Shown here: positions 37,805-46,923 of the stretch, one piece after another
Layout of the letters: the number at the start of each line of letters is the position of its first letter
How positions within the stretch are numbered: the first letter of the stretch is position 1
Virus record (IMG/VR): IMGVR_UViG_3300042940_001591
Length of the DNA: 64,000 nt
DNA from: a virus
Lineage: Duplodnaviria; Caudoviricetes
Strand: one strand, 5' to 3'
Program-made: the position numbers and the translations under genes
Notes under the pieces: generated by a model
The model's input: only the letters and a program-made list of their open reading frames with translations
The model's database searches: none
Told to the model about the DNA's origin: nothing

Positions 37805-40704
37805 ACTTCTATTGCGTGGTAAGCGTAATCGTGTCCATCATTTTCAATGATTTCATCCTCATTACTGATTGTACTTTCAGCTTGTAGTGATACCACTTTT
37901 CTATTATGTTCCACCCAATTTTGGTCAACTAATTTTAGACTATCTTCAACATACATAAAATAAGGATCTCTACCCACTCTATTCCAAAAAATAACTTCAC
38001 TATCTGAAAGTGTCATTACCTCATCAAACTTATCTTGTCCACTTTCTTTTAATGGATAACCATTAACAAGTTCACATTGTAATTTAGTAAAGTATTGTCT
38101 ATCCTTTGGGTCTTCAATAAGAATATCTTCTCTAATGTTTGGGTTAAATGCAACCAATAAAGGCTCAACACGTTTGTTAAAATTACTAAGATAACGAGGA
38201 ACGTTATAATCACCTTTTAAATCGGGATTATTTGTAATTTCCTTTTCATCAATCATGTAACAATTAACATTTATAACTGCGTGGTCTTTCGGCATTTCAC
38301 TACCAATACTTTCAAAATACTCAATCATTTCCTTTTTTGTCCATCTAGTTTTTCTTTCCACATCTCCAGATGATTTTTTTATACCATTATTAACATAGTA
38401 TATTGTATCACCTAAACCGGCAGGATAATCATTTTGAATTATTAATTCCATGTGTGCTTGACGAGACATTAAAGAACCTGATTTAGTTGTTTTTTGTACG
38501 TGTTTTTTATATTCATTAATAGATTGTTTAACACGAGCTTTATTTGCAATTTTAGATAATGGTATTTCTTTATTATATATTTTTTCTACGTAATTGTAAT
38601 ATAGTTCCACAAAAGAATGTCCGTCACCATTTAACAAATATTTAAAACCTTCATCCAAAAATTCAACAATATATGTTTGTAATTTTTTTGATTTAATTGT
38701 GTTACCTGTTAATTTAATTTTCTCCTTGCCTTTCTTAATTAATTTAATAATATAATTCTTACGAGATACGTTAATGCAAGATGGTGCGGTGTAGTCAATA
38801 TCTAAACCCATTTCACCTCTCATGAATATGTCATTGAACTCTGCGGTGTGAGCTTCAATACCTTTATATTCTTTACCTTCTATTACTAATTCATTTAAAC
38901 CTTTACCAACATACACAGCGTCTAATGCACTATCAGGTGTTTCAAAGTTCACACCGTCCGTGTCCATTACAAGAGGTTTATAACCCTTTTGCATATAGAA
39001 CATAATCATCATACGTAAACACTGACGACCAATGCAAGTAATAGTTTCACCTGAATCCATTTCCCCCCAAGGGAATACGTGTGGTGCAGATAATGAACCA
39101 AAATATGCATTAATAAAAATCTTAATTGGTAATTGTTTACGGTCGTACATTTCAGCAGCAACAGGGTCGCTATCTTTTAATTCACTGGCAAGATGCTTAT
39201 ATTTAATACGAATGTTACGGAAATATTTCAACATCGATTTTTGTACTCCCATGACATCACACGCGGGAAATACATCATACACTAATTGAATTGATGGGTA
39301 GAGCGATGAGTAGTCAAATTTAACAATATTCTTTGCATAACCAACATTTAATAAACGAGATAATCCACCAGTAAAGGCTCGTTTCTCATCTTTAGATGGT
39401 ACTGCTAAATTATTTTCATAAGACCAAGCTAACATAATGATTTTCCATAATGTTGCCGTACCCATTGTTGCAATCCTTTCATAAGTTGTTGGTACAAGTT
39501 TTGACAATAAAAATGTTGATTGAGAAAATGAATCGTCTACAACCATTGTCTCATAAAGGTCATCATCAAGATATTGCTCAACAATTTTCCTACCTGGCCA
39601 TATCTCAAACTTGCCAGGATATTTTCGTAATAAATCTTCGGTACCTGGCTCACCTATTTGTTTATATCCACCTGTTTTTGGATTTACATAATAACTTTCA
39701 TTATCTAGATATATTTTTGATATTTTACTACCTTCAACATACACACGATTAGGTTTTTCTTTTTCCAAATATGTGGTAATGTATTTCAAACCCCATGATT
39801 TAATTTCAGAATTGATTGCTTGAGCACGTCGTACTGAATGTGCAATATCAATGATATTAAAACCCCAAATAATATGTTGTTTATATGGCTCAACTTCATT
39901 TGCCAATTTTAACATTCCCTCTTTTTCTTTCATTCCTTGGGACGTGAAAATTTGAGTCATTCCATCAACATCAACACCAAGAATTTCCGCACGTTTTAAT
40001 ATGAATGGCCAATCAAAAAATGCGGAGTTGTAACCAGCAATGATTGTTGGTTTTAAGTCCCTTATATATTGGAAAAATCTTTCAATACATTTTTTTTCTC
40101 CGTCTTCCCCAAAGGCGGGAATTGTTACGTTTAAACCACGATTATCTTTAACCCCAATTAATATAATAACACAAGTTTCAGGGTCAAGACCTGTGGTTTC
40201 AATATCAAATACAAATCGATTAACACCACCATAATCATCAATACCTTTGAATAATCTTTTTTTCGTTTGAACAAGATATTGTTCTACCGGTGATAAAACC
40301 GTAAAATGTTGTCTATATTTTTCATCCCACGGATTAATACCACCCATTCTGAAAAATGAAATTAAATCGGTATACGATTTAAGACTTTTTACCAAATATT
40401 TCATACCCGACTCAAGTCGTTCATCTCCATGAGTATCTAATTTTTCAATTAGAATACCAAATTCACCCATACGTTTTTTTTGTATGGATTTTGAATTATT
40501 GTAAAAACCTAAACCTGATAAATCACCAACCCACATAAACGGGGTAAATGAATCTGATTTTACAATCTTTCCCTTTTCGGGGTCCTGAATAATTTTGTAA
40601 ATTGTGTTGGTGGGGTAGTCGTATTCGACTCCGACAATGAACTCTTCGGGGTCGCCACCGTTAAGGAAGTTTTCTATAACTTCCTGAGAGATAACTTCTT
40701 TCAT
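37801..40704 (-). CDS. polB: Family B DNA polymerase with 3'-5' exonuclease
   Basis: ExoI FDIETTG, ExoII GYNSAFFDW, motif A FDYSSLYPS, motif B KIFINAYFG, motif C MDTDG, KKLQTY. Confidence 0.95.
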   Translation of the reverse strand: MKEVISQEVIENFLNGGDPEEFIVGVEYDYPTNTIYKIIQDPEKGKIVKSDSFTPFMWVGDLSGLGFYNNSKSIQKKRMGEFGILIEKLDTHGDERLESGMKYLVKSLKSYTDLISFFRMGGINPWDEKYRQHFTVLSPVEQYLVQTKKRLFKGIDDYGGVNRFVFDIETTGLDPETCVIILIGVKDNRGLNVTIPAFGEDGEKKCIERFFQYIRDLKPTIIAGYNSAFFDWPFILKRAEILGVDVDGMTQIFTSQGMKEKEGMLKLANEVEPYKQHIIWGFNIIDIAHSVRRAQAINSEIKSWGLKYITTYLEKEKPNRVYVEGSKISKIYLDNESYYVNPKTGGYKQIGEPGTEDLLRKYPGKFEIWPGRKIVEQYLDDDLYETMVVDDSFSQSTFLLSKLVPTTYERIATMGTATLWKIIMLAWSYENNLAVPSKDEKRAFTGGLSRLLNVGYAKNIVKFDYSSLYPSIQLVYDVFPACDVMGVQKSMLKYFRNIRIKYKHLASELKDSDPVAAEMYDRKQLPIKIFINAYFGSLSAPHVFPWGEMDSGETITCIGRQCLRMMIMFYMQKGYKPLVMDTDGVNFETPDSALDAVYVGKGLNELVIEGKEYKGIEAHTAEFNDIFMRGEMGLDIDYTAPSCINVSRKNYIIKLIKKGKEKIKLTGNTIKSKKLQTYIVEFLDEGFKYLLNGDGHSFVELYYNYVEKIYNKEIPLSKIANKARVKQSINEYKKHVQKTTKSGSLMSRQAHMELIIQNDYPAGLGDTIYYVNNGIKKSSGDVERKTRWTKKEMIEYFESIGSEMPKDHAVINVNCYMIDEKEITNNPDLKGDYNVPRYLSNFNKRVEPLLVAFNPNIREDILIEDPKDRQYFTKLQCELVNGYPLKESGQDKFDEVMTLSDSEVIFWNRVGRDPYFMYVEDSLKLVDQNWVEHNRKVVSLQAESTISNEDEIIENDGHDYAYHAIEV

Positions 40705-40795
40705 CTTATAATTTTTTTAAATGTGACGTATTAGCTTACTGAAAATCAGTAGTTTGCCTTGTTTTCATCTGTAAATATAAGAATTAAAATCGGTA

Positions 40796-41164
40796 TTAAA
40801 AAATGTTGATGTATAATTTTTCTTTAACGGGTAATATCAATTTTGTTGTTGGGTTTCCGTTTGTGTCTAAAAATTGTATAGTTATTTTACCCTCAAATTT
40901 ACCCATTTCTGAAGTTTGGGTTTCAGTAAATCTATGTGTAATATAATATTCCTCGGTTGTTTGGTTATATAATTTTGTTCTCGTTGTCACTAAACAATCA
41001 CTATTCAATATTACGGGTTCCCCTGTTTTAACGTCAGACATTTCAAATGTGATGTCTGCACTTTCGAGCATATCATTAAATGATGATTTGTCGTTTTTAC
41101 CGTCATCAATCATCCTCATTTTTAATATTGGGTCAGATGCCCCTTGTCTTATAAAGAATTCCAT
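40796..41164 (-). CDS. BppU N-terminal-like virion structural protein
   Basis: FFIRQGASDPILKMRM...ADITFEM...KFEGKITIQF...LILP. Confidence 0.6.
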   Translation of the reverse strand: MEFFIRQGASDPILKMRMIDDGKNDKSSFNDMLESADITFEMSDVKTGEPVILNSDCLVTTRTKLYNQTTEEYYITHRFTETQTSEMGKFEGKITIQFLDTNGNPTTKLILPVKEKLYINIF

Positions 41165-41194
41165 ATGTTATAAATATTGTTTTTTTAATATTAT

Positions 41195-42358
41195 TTATCC
41201 TCTAAATGTTATTGTTATTGGTAAATTCTTTACAAATGGATTAGGTGAATCTTGTGTTTGTGTTACTCCGCCTGTCTCAGATATAATAAATGTATTATAT
41301 GTTGGTTGATTAAATATATAGTTAAAACCCGGAGCAAGTGAATATCTTGCGGTGTTCGAACCTTGTGTTAATGACACTGTACCTCCATTATCTTTAATGC
41401 TTTGAAATAATGATAAATAATCAACACCCGCACTATTTTTGGTGTTAAAACGAAGTATAACAAATGTATTACTAATAAAATTAGGATTATATGTAACAAC
41501 TATATCACTAGGCTGTCCTGTAGGATTATATGTGAAAAGTGATTCACCATTACCATCGAAAGTTGCACTCGTCTGTCCAAAAAATAAACCCTCATCGCCC
41601 GTTAAATACCATTCACTAGTAACTACCATTGGTGATGTTGGACTTGGCGTCATAGTCATTGTTGGTGTCATTGTTGGTGTCATTGTTGGTGTTTCCGACG
41701 GAGTCATCGTTGGTGTTAAAGTAATGGTAGGTGTAATACTAGGTGTTGGTGTTACTGTATTAGTTGGTGTCATGGTTGGTGTTTCTGATGGGGTCATTGT
41801 GGGCGTTTCAGAAGGAGTTACCGTTGGAGTTTGACTATTTGTTGGTGTTTGAGTTATCGTTTGTGTTGGCGTTTGTGTTGGTGTTTCCGACGGAGTCATC
41901 GTTGGAGTTTCACTTGGTGTTTGAGTTGGTGTTTCCGACGGAGTCATCGTTGGAGTTTCACTTGGTGTTTGAGTTGGTGTTTGAGTAATGGTATTTGTAG
42001 GTGTTACCGTATTAGTTGGTGTTAAACTAATTGTTGGAGTAATACTTGGTGTGGGTGTGTTGGTCGGTGTTACTGTATTTGTTTGTGTTAAAGTAATAGT
42101 AGGTGTTTGAGTTGGAGTTGGTGTTCCGGTAGGTGTAACAGTATTAGTTGGTGTTTGAGTTGGTGTAACAGTATTAGTTGGTGTTTGAGTTGGTGTGGGG
42201 GTTGCCGTTCCGGTTGGTGTCATAGTATTAGTTGGTGTAATACTTTGAGTAAGTATTGGAGTTACAACCGAAGACCAAATTATGTTTCCATTTAAATAAA
42301 CAAAAGATGGTGTGTTACCATTAAACTTAATATCTGATGCGTTTGTAAATAAACTCAT
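41195..42358 (-). CDS. Thr/Pro-rich mucin-like virion fibre or decoration protein
   Basis: Short N-terminal anchor ([10 protein letters not shown]), about 210 aa of TPT(Q/N/M)TP(S/T) repeats, and a C-terminal aromatic beta-rich domain. Confidence 0.8.
   Translation of the reverse strand: MSLFTNASDIKFNGNTPSFVYLNGNIIWSSVVTPILTQSITPTNTMTPTGTATPTPTQTPTNTVTPTQTPTNTVTPTGTPTPTQTPTITLTQTNTVTPTNTPTPSITPTISLTPTNTVTPTNTITQTPTQTPSETPTMTPSETPTQTPSETPTMTPSETPTQTPTQTITQTPTNSQTPTVTPSETPTMTPSETPTMTPTNTVTPTPSITPTITLTPTMTPSETPTMTPTMTPTMTMTPSPTSPMVVTSEWYLTGDEGLFFGQTSATFDGNGESLFTYNPTGQPSDIVVTYNPNFISNTFVILRFNTKNSAGVDYLSLFQSIKDNGGTVSLTQGSNTARYSLAPGFNYIFNQPTYNTFIISETGGVTQTQDSPNPFVKNLPITITFRG
41630..42260. repeat. 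Degenerate coding tandem repeat encoding TPTxTP units
   Basis: Repeated gttggtgt / tttgagttggtgt / tttccgacggagtcatcgttgg units; exact 60-bp repeat near 41877 and 41925 region. Confidence 0.9.
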
Positions 42359-42359
42359 T

Positions 42360-42692
42360 TTAATTTATTATAATATACAATGTACCACTAACTGGTGTTA
42401 TCGATGCATATGATGATGATGTAATAGTTTCGAGTTTATTAACGGTATTTGATGACATAATATTACTTCCGTTTACATTTGCACTGCCAGTAACATTTAA
42501 TGAACCTGTTAACGATAAACTACCACTAATATATTGACTACCGGTAAAATAATGTGAACCACTATCAACTAACGTTTGTCTAAGTGTGGATAATGTCGAT
42601 TTATATGTTGTACCACCAAATGCAACCGCGGTAACTCCGGTTAAACTTGGAGCAATTGAACTAGATAGTTCTGTTATTTTTTTTCCTGCCAT
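42360..42692 (-). CDS. Small fibre-like virion protein
   Basis: [12 protein letters not shown]-terminus, [19 protein letters not shown] beta repeats, GTLYII C-terminus. Confidence 0.65.
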   Translation of the reverse strand: MAGKKITELSSSIAPSLTGVTAVAFGGTTYKSTLSTLRQTLVDSGSHYFTGSQYISGSLSLTGSLNVTGSANVNGSNIMSSNTVNKLETITSSSYASITPVSGTLYIIIN

Positions 42693-42705
42693 TTAAATAA
42701 ATAGT

Positions 42706-43860
42706 TTAAAATAGTATGATATCATTATTATTTTCAGTTATTATGTCTTCACCATCCTCTGTCAGTAATGCGTTTGAAAATACACCACTTAATGTGTCTA
42801 AACAATCTTCATAACATTCAACAATGTCAAAATTTGGTTTTATTTCGGTCAGATAATGGTGTCTTACTCTCGGGAAATTTAATGGTTCTTCAAAATATTT
42901 TATTTGATAAACATTAAATTGTGTATTCCCTGTATGTAATGATTGTATACCACTGGTTCCTCCACCCCATATTTGTACAATTTTATTTTCAGATTCTCTT
43001 AGTGAAGGTATTATTTCCTCCCAATCTTTTACTTTATAAATTAAATTTCCATTTAAAAATATCTTTAACGTACCCAACCTTCTCTGTTTTTCTGAAGCCC
43101 ACTCTCTATTTAATTTCTCAATAAATTCATATGTTGGTGTTGCCCCCGATAATACATCTATTGAGTTTGTTATGGTATAGCCAGTTGTTATTTGAGTTGT
43201 TGTAGTTCCGGTTGATGACCCAGTATAAGAAATAGGGTATGGACCTCTTATTAAATCGTTCCACCCACCGTCGTTTTCAATCTCACAACCTTCGTAGTGT
43301 TTATATCTGTCGAAAGTAATGGTTATATTAAAATCCATTGAAGTACCACCACTACATAAAACAGGGGTTTGTCCTGAAGATATATAATAACTCTCAGTAT
43401 AACCCGAACTTGAATCACATAAACCAGAATACCTATAAGATTCCCATTTTATTCTACGGTCATCCGTAAACGAAAAGGAAAGGTTGTTGTCAGCATAGTT
43501 AGATTGTACCGTTTCCCCACTAATACCCCAATAGTAAAATGTAGTACCACCCGACCAAGGTATATTCTCCTTATTAAAAACAAAATCCAAAGTCCAACCC
43601 TTTTCAGTACGTCTTCTAATGTTGAAATTACATGTATGACCTGTATATCTCTCGTTAATTGGTATTGACCACGGAGTTGTAAAATTGGTATAACATGAAG
43701 AATCTATTGTTAATCCTGTATATATAATTTCATTTGTTAAATCTAAAACGTCGGAATCATAATTCACGTCTTTTGATAATTCAAAATCATATAATTCGGA
43801 AGAATCCAACCTTAAATCTAATTTTAACCCATAAAAATTTAAAATATTCTGTCTATTCAT
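42706..43860 (-). CDS. Virion structural protein (concanavalin/LamG-like beta features); likely start MNRQNIL at 43860
   Basis: TLKIFLNGNLIY...QIWGGGT...IKYFEEPL; a TATTTAT motif at 43867-43873 lies just before the ATG at 43860. Confidence 0.6.
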   Translation of the reverse strand: MNRQNILNFYGLKLDLRLDSSELYDFELSKDVNYDSDVLDLTNEIIYTGLTIDSSCYTNFTTPWSIPINERYTGHTCNFNIRRRTEKGWTLDFVFNKENIPWSGGTTFYYWGISGETVQSNYADNNLSFSFTDDRRIKWESYRYSGLCDSSSGYTESYYISSGQTPVLCSGGTSMDFNITITFDRYKHYEGCEIENDGGWNDLIRGPYPISYTGSSTGTTTTQITTGYTITNSIDVLSGATPTYEFIEKLNREWASEKQRRLGTLKIFLNGNLIYKVKDWEEIIPSLRESENKIVQIWGGGTSGIQSLHTGNTQFNVYQIKYFEEPLNFPRVRHHYLTEIKPNFDIVECYEDCLDTLSGVFSNALLTEDGEDIITENNNDIILF

Positions 43861-43913
43861 GTTTCTATAAATATCTTTCATAAGATTTGATATTTATAAT
43901 AAAACCGATTTAG

Positions 43914-44657
43914 ATGAATAATTTTATAAAACAGGTAATTGAGGAGAAATTTGCATCAAAAGCACAACAAAGGTTCTTCTACGCTAAGGCGAATGAAAAG
44001 GGTAAACCTAAGAAAGAAAAGAAGAAATGGAGTAAATGGGCTAAGGAATTCTCTGATAAAACAAATTATGACGAAATACCTGATAAGGTAGAGACAGAGG
44101 TCGATGAAATTGTAGACAAATACGGAAATATTGCTACAGGCAAAAAACCAACTGATTTTAATACGAAAGGTGTCACACAAAAGAAAACAAGTGATGATGT
44201 TGCAAAGGCGGCTCATGGTTCTATGGGTAGAATGGCTAATGTTGGTGGATCAACAATGAGATATTGGGCTGAATCGGATATGAGTAAAGCGTTAGGATTT
44301 GACGACACGATGGCAAAAGATGCTGATTATGAGGATGCTGAAGACCATTTTAAAGGTGAATTAGGTTTAGATGAACCTGAAGCTGAAGATAGGTTAGCTC
44401 AAATGGGTTATGATAAAAAATTACCCGCGGATAAGGTAAGATTGGTTGAGAATCCTAAAAAATTCATGGAGGAATATATCGAAAGTGTTTTATCTAAAAG
44501 GGCAAAAGACAATGAAATCGTTTCAAAAGACGAACAAACAGAAGAAAAAGAAATTAACCCAATTGTTTTAAAACAATTAAAATCATTGAAAAATACAATG
44601 AATAGTCATAAATTATCAATTAATGATATTATGAAACATTTAAAAGATAATGAATAA
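43914..44657 (+). CDS. Putative internal head protein with a basic FASKAQQRFFYAK motif
   Basis: MNNFIKQVIEE|KFASKAQQR...; late motif at 43891-43897. Confidence 0.65.
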   Translation: MNNFIKQVIEEKFASKAQQRFFYAKANEKGKPKKEKKKWSKWAKEFSDKTNYDEIPDKVETEVDEIVDKYGNIATGKKPTDFNTKGVTQKKTSDDVAKAAHGSMGRMANVGGSTMRYWAESDMSKALGFDDTMAKDADYEDAEDHFKGELGLDEPEAEDRLAQMGYDKKLPADKVRLVENPKKFMEEYIESVLSKRAKDNEIVSKDEQTEEKEINPIVLKQLKSLKNTMNSHKLSINDIMKHLKDNE

Positions 44658-45147
44658 AGATTTAAAAGATAGGGTATTCAACATACCTCAAAACATATTG
44701 GACAAAATTAATCACACTATTAAGAGTTTGGGTGGACAACACGTACATGGTGTACAAAGAGCACAAAAACTTTTAACAGATAAAACTGTAAAATATGGTC
44801 AACTTAAAAGAATTATCCACGATTTCCAAAAAATGGATAAGTCGGTAGATAGGGTTAAATATGATTTATCCGGCGGAGATTTAATGGATAAGTGGTCTAA
44901 ACAACATTTACAGGGAGAAAGAGATTTAGTTAGTAATGTCAAAGACGCAAGAAAAAGAGCTGATGAAATTGGTAGTATAGGTGGAGAAAGAAAGAATAGT
45001 CATCTTAAATCACATACTAAAGATGAAACTTTTAAAATACCAACCAATTTATTAAAAAGTAATTCACATAAAAATACAATAAGTCCAATATCATCTCTTG
45101 GATTGTTTGAACAAATTCAAAAATTTAAAAAATTAATATCATATTAA
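44650..45147 (+). CDS. Hypothetical basic protein ending LFEQIQKFKKLISY
   Basis: ATGA overlap with the upstream gene; C-terminal helix shared with other putative head proteins. Confidence 0.7.
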   Translation: MNKDLKDRVFNIPQNILDKINHTIKSLGGQHVHGVQRAQKLLTDKTVKYGQLKRIIHDFQKMDKSVDRVKYDLSGGDLMDKWSKQHLQGERDLVSNVKDARKRADEIGSIGGERKNSHLKSHTKDETFKIPTNLLKSNSHKNTISPISSLGLFEQIQKFKKLISY

Positions 45148-45148
45148 T

Positions 45149-45526
45149 ATGGCAACACAATTAGAAATTTTAGCAGAAAAACTTAGAAAAGAAGTTATTA
45201 GTAAGAATAGTTACAATAGTAGTAACGGTTATTCTTCAGTTAATAAGAACGCCTTGTCTGATGGAGACGAAAAGGGTAAGGGTGACGTTAATGGACAAGT
45301 TGGTTCCTCCATTGATATACAAAACAGAATCGATAATTTAGGACGAAATAGATACAACAACGGTAATGAATATTCATCTGTTAATAAGGACGCCCTATCT
45401 GATGGGGATGAATTTGGTAAAGGTGATGTTAACGGACAAGTTGGTTCATTAACCGATATTAAAACAAGAACTGACGTTGTTGCTAGAAATAAATACAATG
45501 AATCAAAAGGTTACCCTGATTTTTAA
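45149..45526 (+). CDS. Hypothetical protein with two 47-aa repeats
   Basis: YSSVNK(N/D)ALSDGDE(K/F)GKGDVNGQVGS twice; 141-bp DNA period (45230 and 45371). Confidence 0.75.
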   Translation: MATQLEILAEKLRKEVISKNSYNSSNGYSSVNKNALSDGDEKGKGDVNGQVGSSIDIQNRIDNLGRNRYNNGNEYSSVNKDALSDGDEFGKGDVNGQVGSLTDIKTRTDVVARNKYNESKGYPDF

Positions 45527-45529
45527 TTT

Positions 45530-46252
45530 ATGTTAAATAATACAATCTTTGACATAATCGAAGAACAATCTATACTTAAAACAACTAAAACGAAACCTAT
45601 TGTTGATGCCATCAAAAATAGGAAAAAAATTACGTTTTATTATTCTGGACCAAGAAAACCTAAAAAAGATAGTGTGAAACCGGGTTATAGAGTAAAGGCA
45701 GAAGTCGTTGCATTAGGATTAAGTAAAAAAGGTAATTTGGTTATGAGAGCATATGTTCAACCCCCATCAACCTCAAAAAAGGGGTTTGCAAAACATGGAT
45801 GGAGAACGTTTATGTTGAGTAGGATGAGTGGAACTAATGTGACCGATGAAATTTTTAACGAGAAGAGACCGGGTTATAAAGAAGGTGATGACAATGGATT
45901 AAGTGTTACATATGTAACAACTGATTGGACTAAACAACCCAAAACCAAAAAAGTCGAAAAACCACAACCAAAAGTTGAACCAAAAACCACAGTTAAACCA
46001 CCTATTGAAAAACCTGATGTTAATGTTGAAAAACCCCAACCACAAGTTAAAACACCGGAACCAAAACCAACAGAATTACCTCAACCAAAACCAGAAGTAA
46101 AACCAACAAAAGCACAGGAACCTCCTAAGGAAGAACCAAAACCAGAGGACTTACCACAACCAAAACCAGAAGATAAACCAACTCAAAACCCTGAGGAGGA
46201 TAACAATCTTCAAGAAAATTTAAAAAGAATTAAGAGTTTAATGTTACTATAA
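45530..46252 (+). CDS. WYL-domain protein with a Pro/Lys/Glu-rich linker
   Basis: AIKNRKKITFYY...RVKAEVVALGLSKKGNLVMRAY...GWRTFMLSRM; PKPE repeats; C-terminal LQENLKRIKSLMLL. Confidence 0.75.
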   Translation: MLNNTIFDIIEEQSILKTTKTKPIVDAIKNRKKITFYYSGPRKPKKDSVKPGYRVKAEVVALGLSKKGNLVMRAYVQPPSTSKKGFAKHGWRTFMLSRMSGTNVTDEIFNEKRPGYKEGDDNGLSVTYVTTDWTKQPKTKKVEKPQPKVEPKTTVKPPIEKPDVNVEKPQPQVKTPEPKPTELPQPKPEVKPTKAQEPPKEEPKPEDLPQPKPEDKPTQNPEEDNNLQENLKRIKSLMLL

Positions 46253-46287
46253 AAATAGTTATAATTAAAAAAGAAAATATTATTATC

Positions 46288-46872
46288 ATGTCACAAGGTA
46301 AAGGAAGTATATCACAAAACGATTTAATGAAAAAATTAGTTCAGGCCAAAAAAGTTATGAATAAAGTAGATGGAGGAGATTATGAAAGAGGTCACGTTAA
46401 TGAATCTATGTTATTATCTTCTCCTGAAGATGTAATGAACAATACTGAATATCAATCAACTCCAACAAGACCAATAGGTTCCCCTTCAATTGATAAAATA
46501 CAAAATTCTAAATTACCCGACGCAATTAAAAGGGCTATGATTGAAAGTCCAATACAACAAATGAACCAAATTTCATTAAACGATACTCTTGATATGGATT
46601 TTATTAAGGGAGCAAAACGATTAATGGAACAAGAAGGTGTTGCAACTAAAAAACAACAAGTACAACCACAAAGACAACAATCTTCAGGTGGTAATATTGA
46701 TATGGGTGCAATTGCGGTTCTTATTGAAAACACCATACGTAAAGTATTGGATGAAAAATTAAATCAAATTCTAACCGCCCAAACAACATCAACTATAAAT
46801 GAAAATTTAGTATTAAAAGTTGGTGATTCTATTTTTAAGGGTAAAATTACTGGCGTAAATAAAGCCAAGTAA
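46288..46872 (+). CDS. Hypothetical protein (putative internal head protein)
   Basis: Multiple (V/I/L)xE sites (VNES, MIES, LMEQ, INEN); Gln-rich linker. Confidence 0.65.
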   Translation: MSQGKGSISQNDLMKKLVQAKKVMNKVDGGDYERGHVNESMLLSSPEDVMNNTEYQSTPTRPIGSPSIDKIQNSKLPDAIKRAMIESPIQQMNQISLNDTLDMDFIKGAKRLMEQEGVATKKQQVQPQRQQSSGGNIDMGAIAVLIENTIRKVLDEKLNQILTAQTTSTINENLVLKVGDSIFKGKITGVNKAK

Positions 46873-46873
46873 T

Positions 46874-46904
46874 TTTGTTTTTCCAATTTTTTTAGTTATA
46901 TTTT
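46874..46904 (+). promoter_or_regulatory. Bacteroidota-like promoter for the glycosyltransferase operon (TTTG-N19-TATATTTT)
   Basis: TTTG at 46874-46877 and TATATTTT at 46897-46904. Confidence 0.5.
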
Positions 46905-46923
46905 AGACATATAAAGTAACATA

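Noticed and set aside
5269-40704. Inteins, introns or homing endonucleases in nrdA, nrdB, helicase or polymerase
   Set aside because: Protein lengths are ordinary, motifs are contiguous, and no LAGLIDADG, HNH or intein splice motifs were seen.
40705-40785. c-di-GMP-I or fluoride riboswitch in the polymerase leader
   Set aside because: GGCAAAC and GCTAAT fragments occur, but the remaining conserved cores (GNRA/GACGCAAAG, or GATGG...GACNCCTAC) are missing.
41630-42260. Possible CRISPR array or DGR template
   Set aside because: The repeats are contiguous, in-frame and coding, with no unique spacers; no reverse transcriptase or A-specific variant copy is seen.
41439-42295. Plus-strand Val/Gly- or Trp/Cys-rich ORFs over the TP repeat
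   Set aside because: Artefacts of the low-complexity repeat read in other frames.
43861-43881. ORF-track start at 43881 (and similarly 60674 for dCMP deaminase)
   Set aside because: Downstream ATGs (43860 and 60650) fit the promoter motif and translational coupling better.
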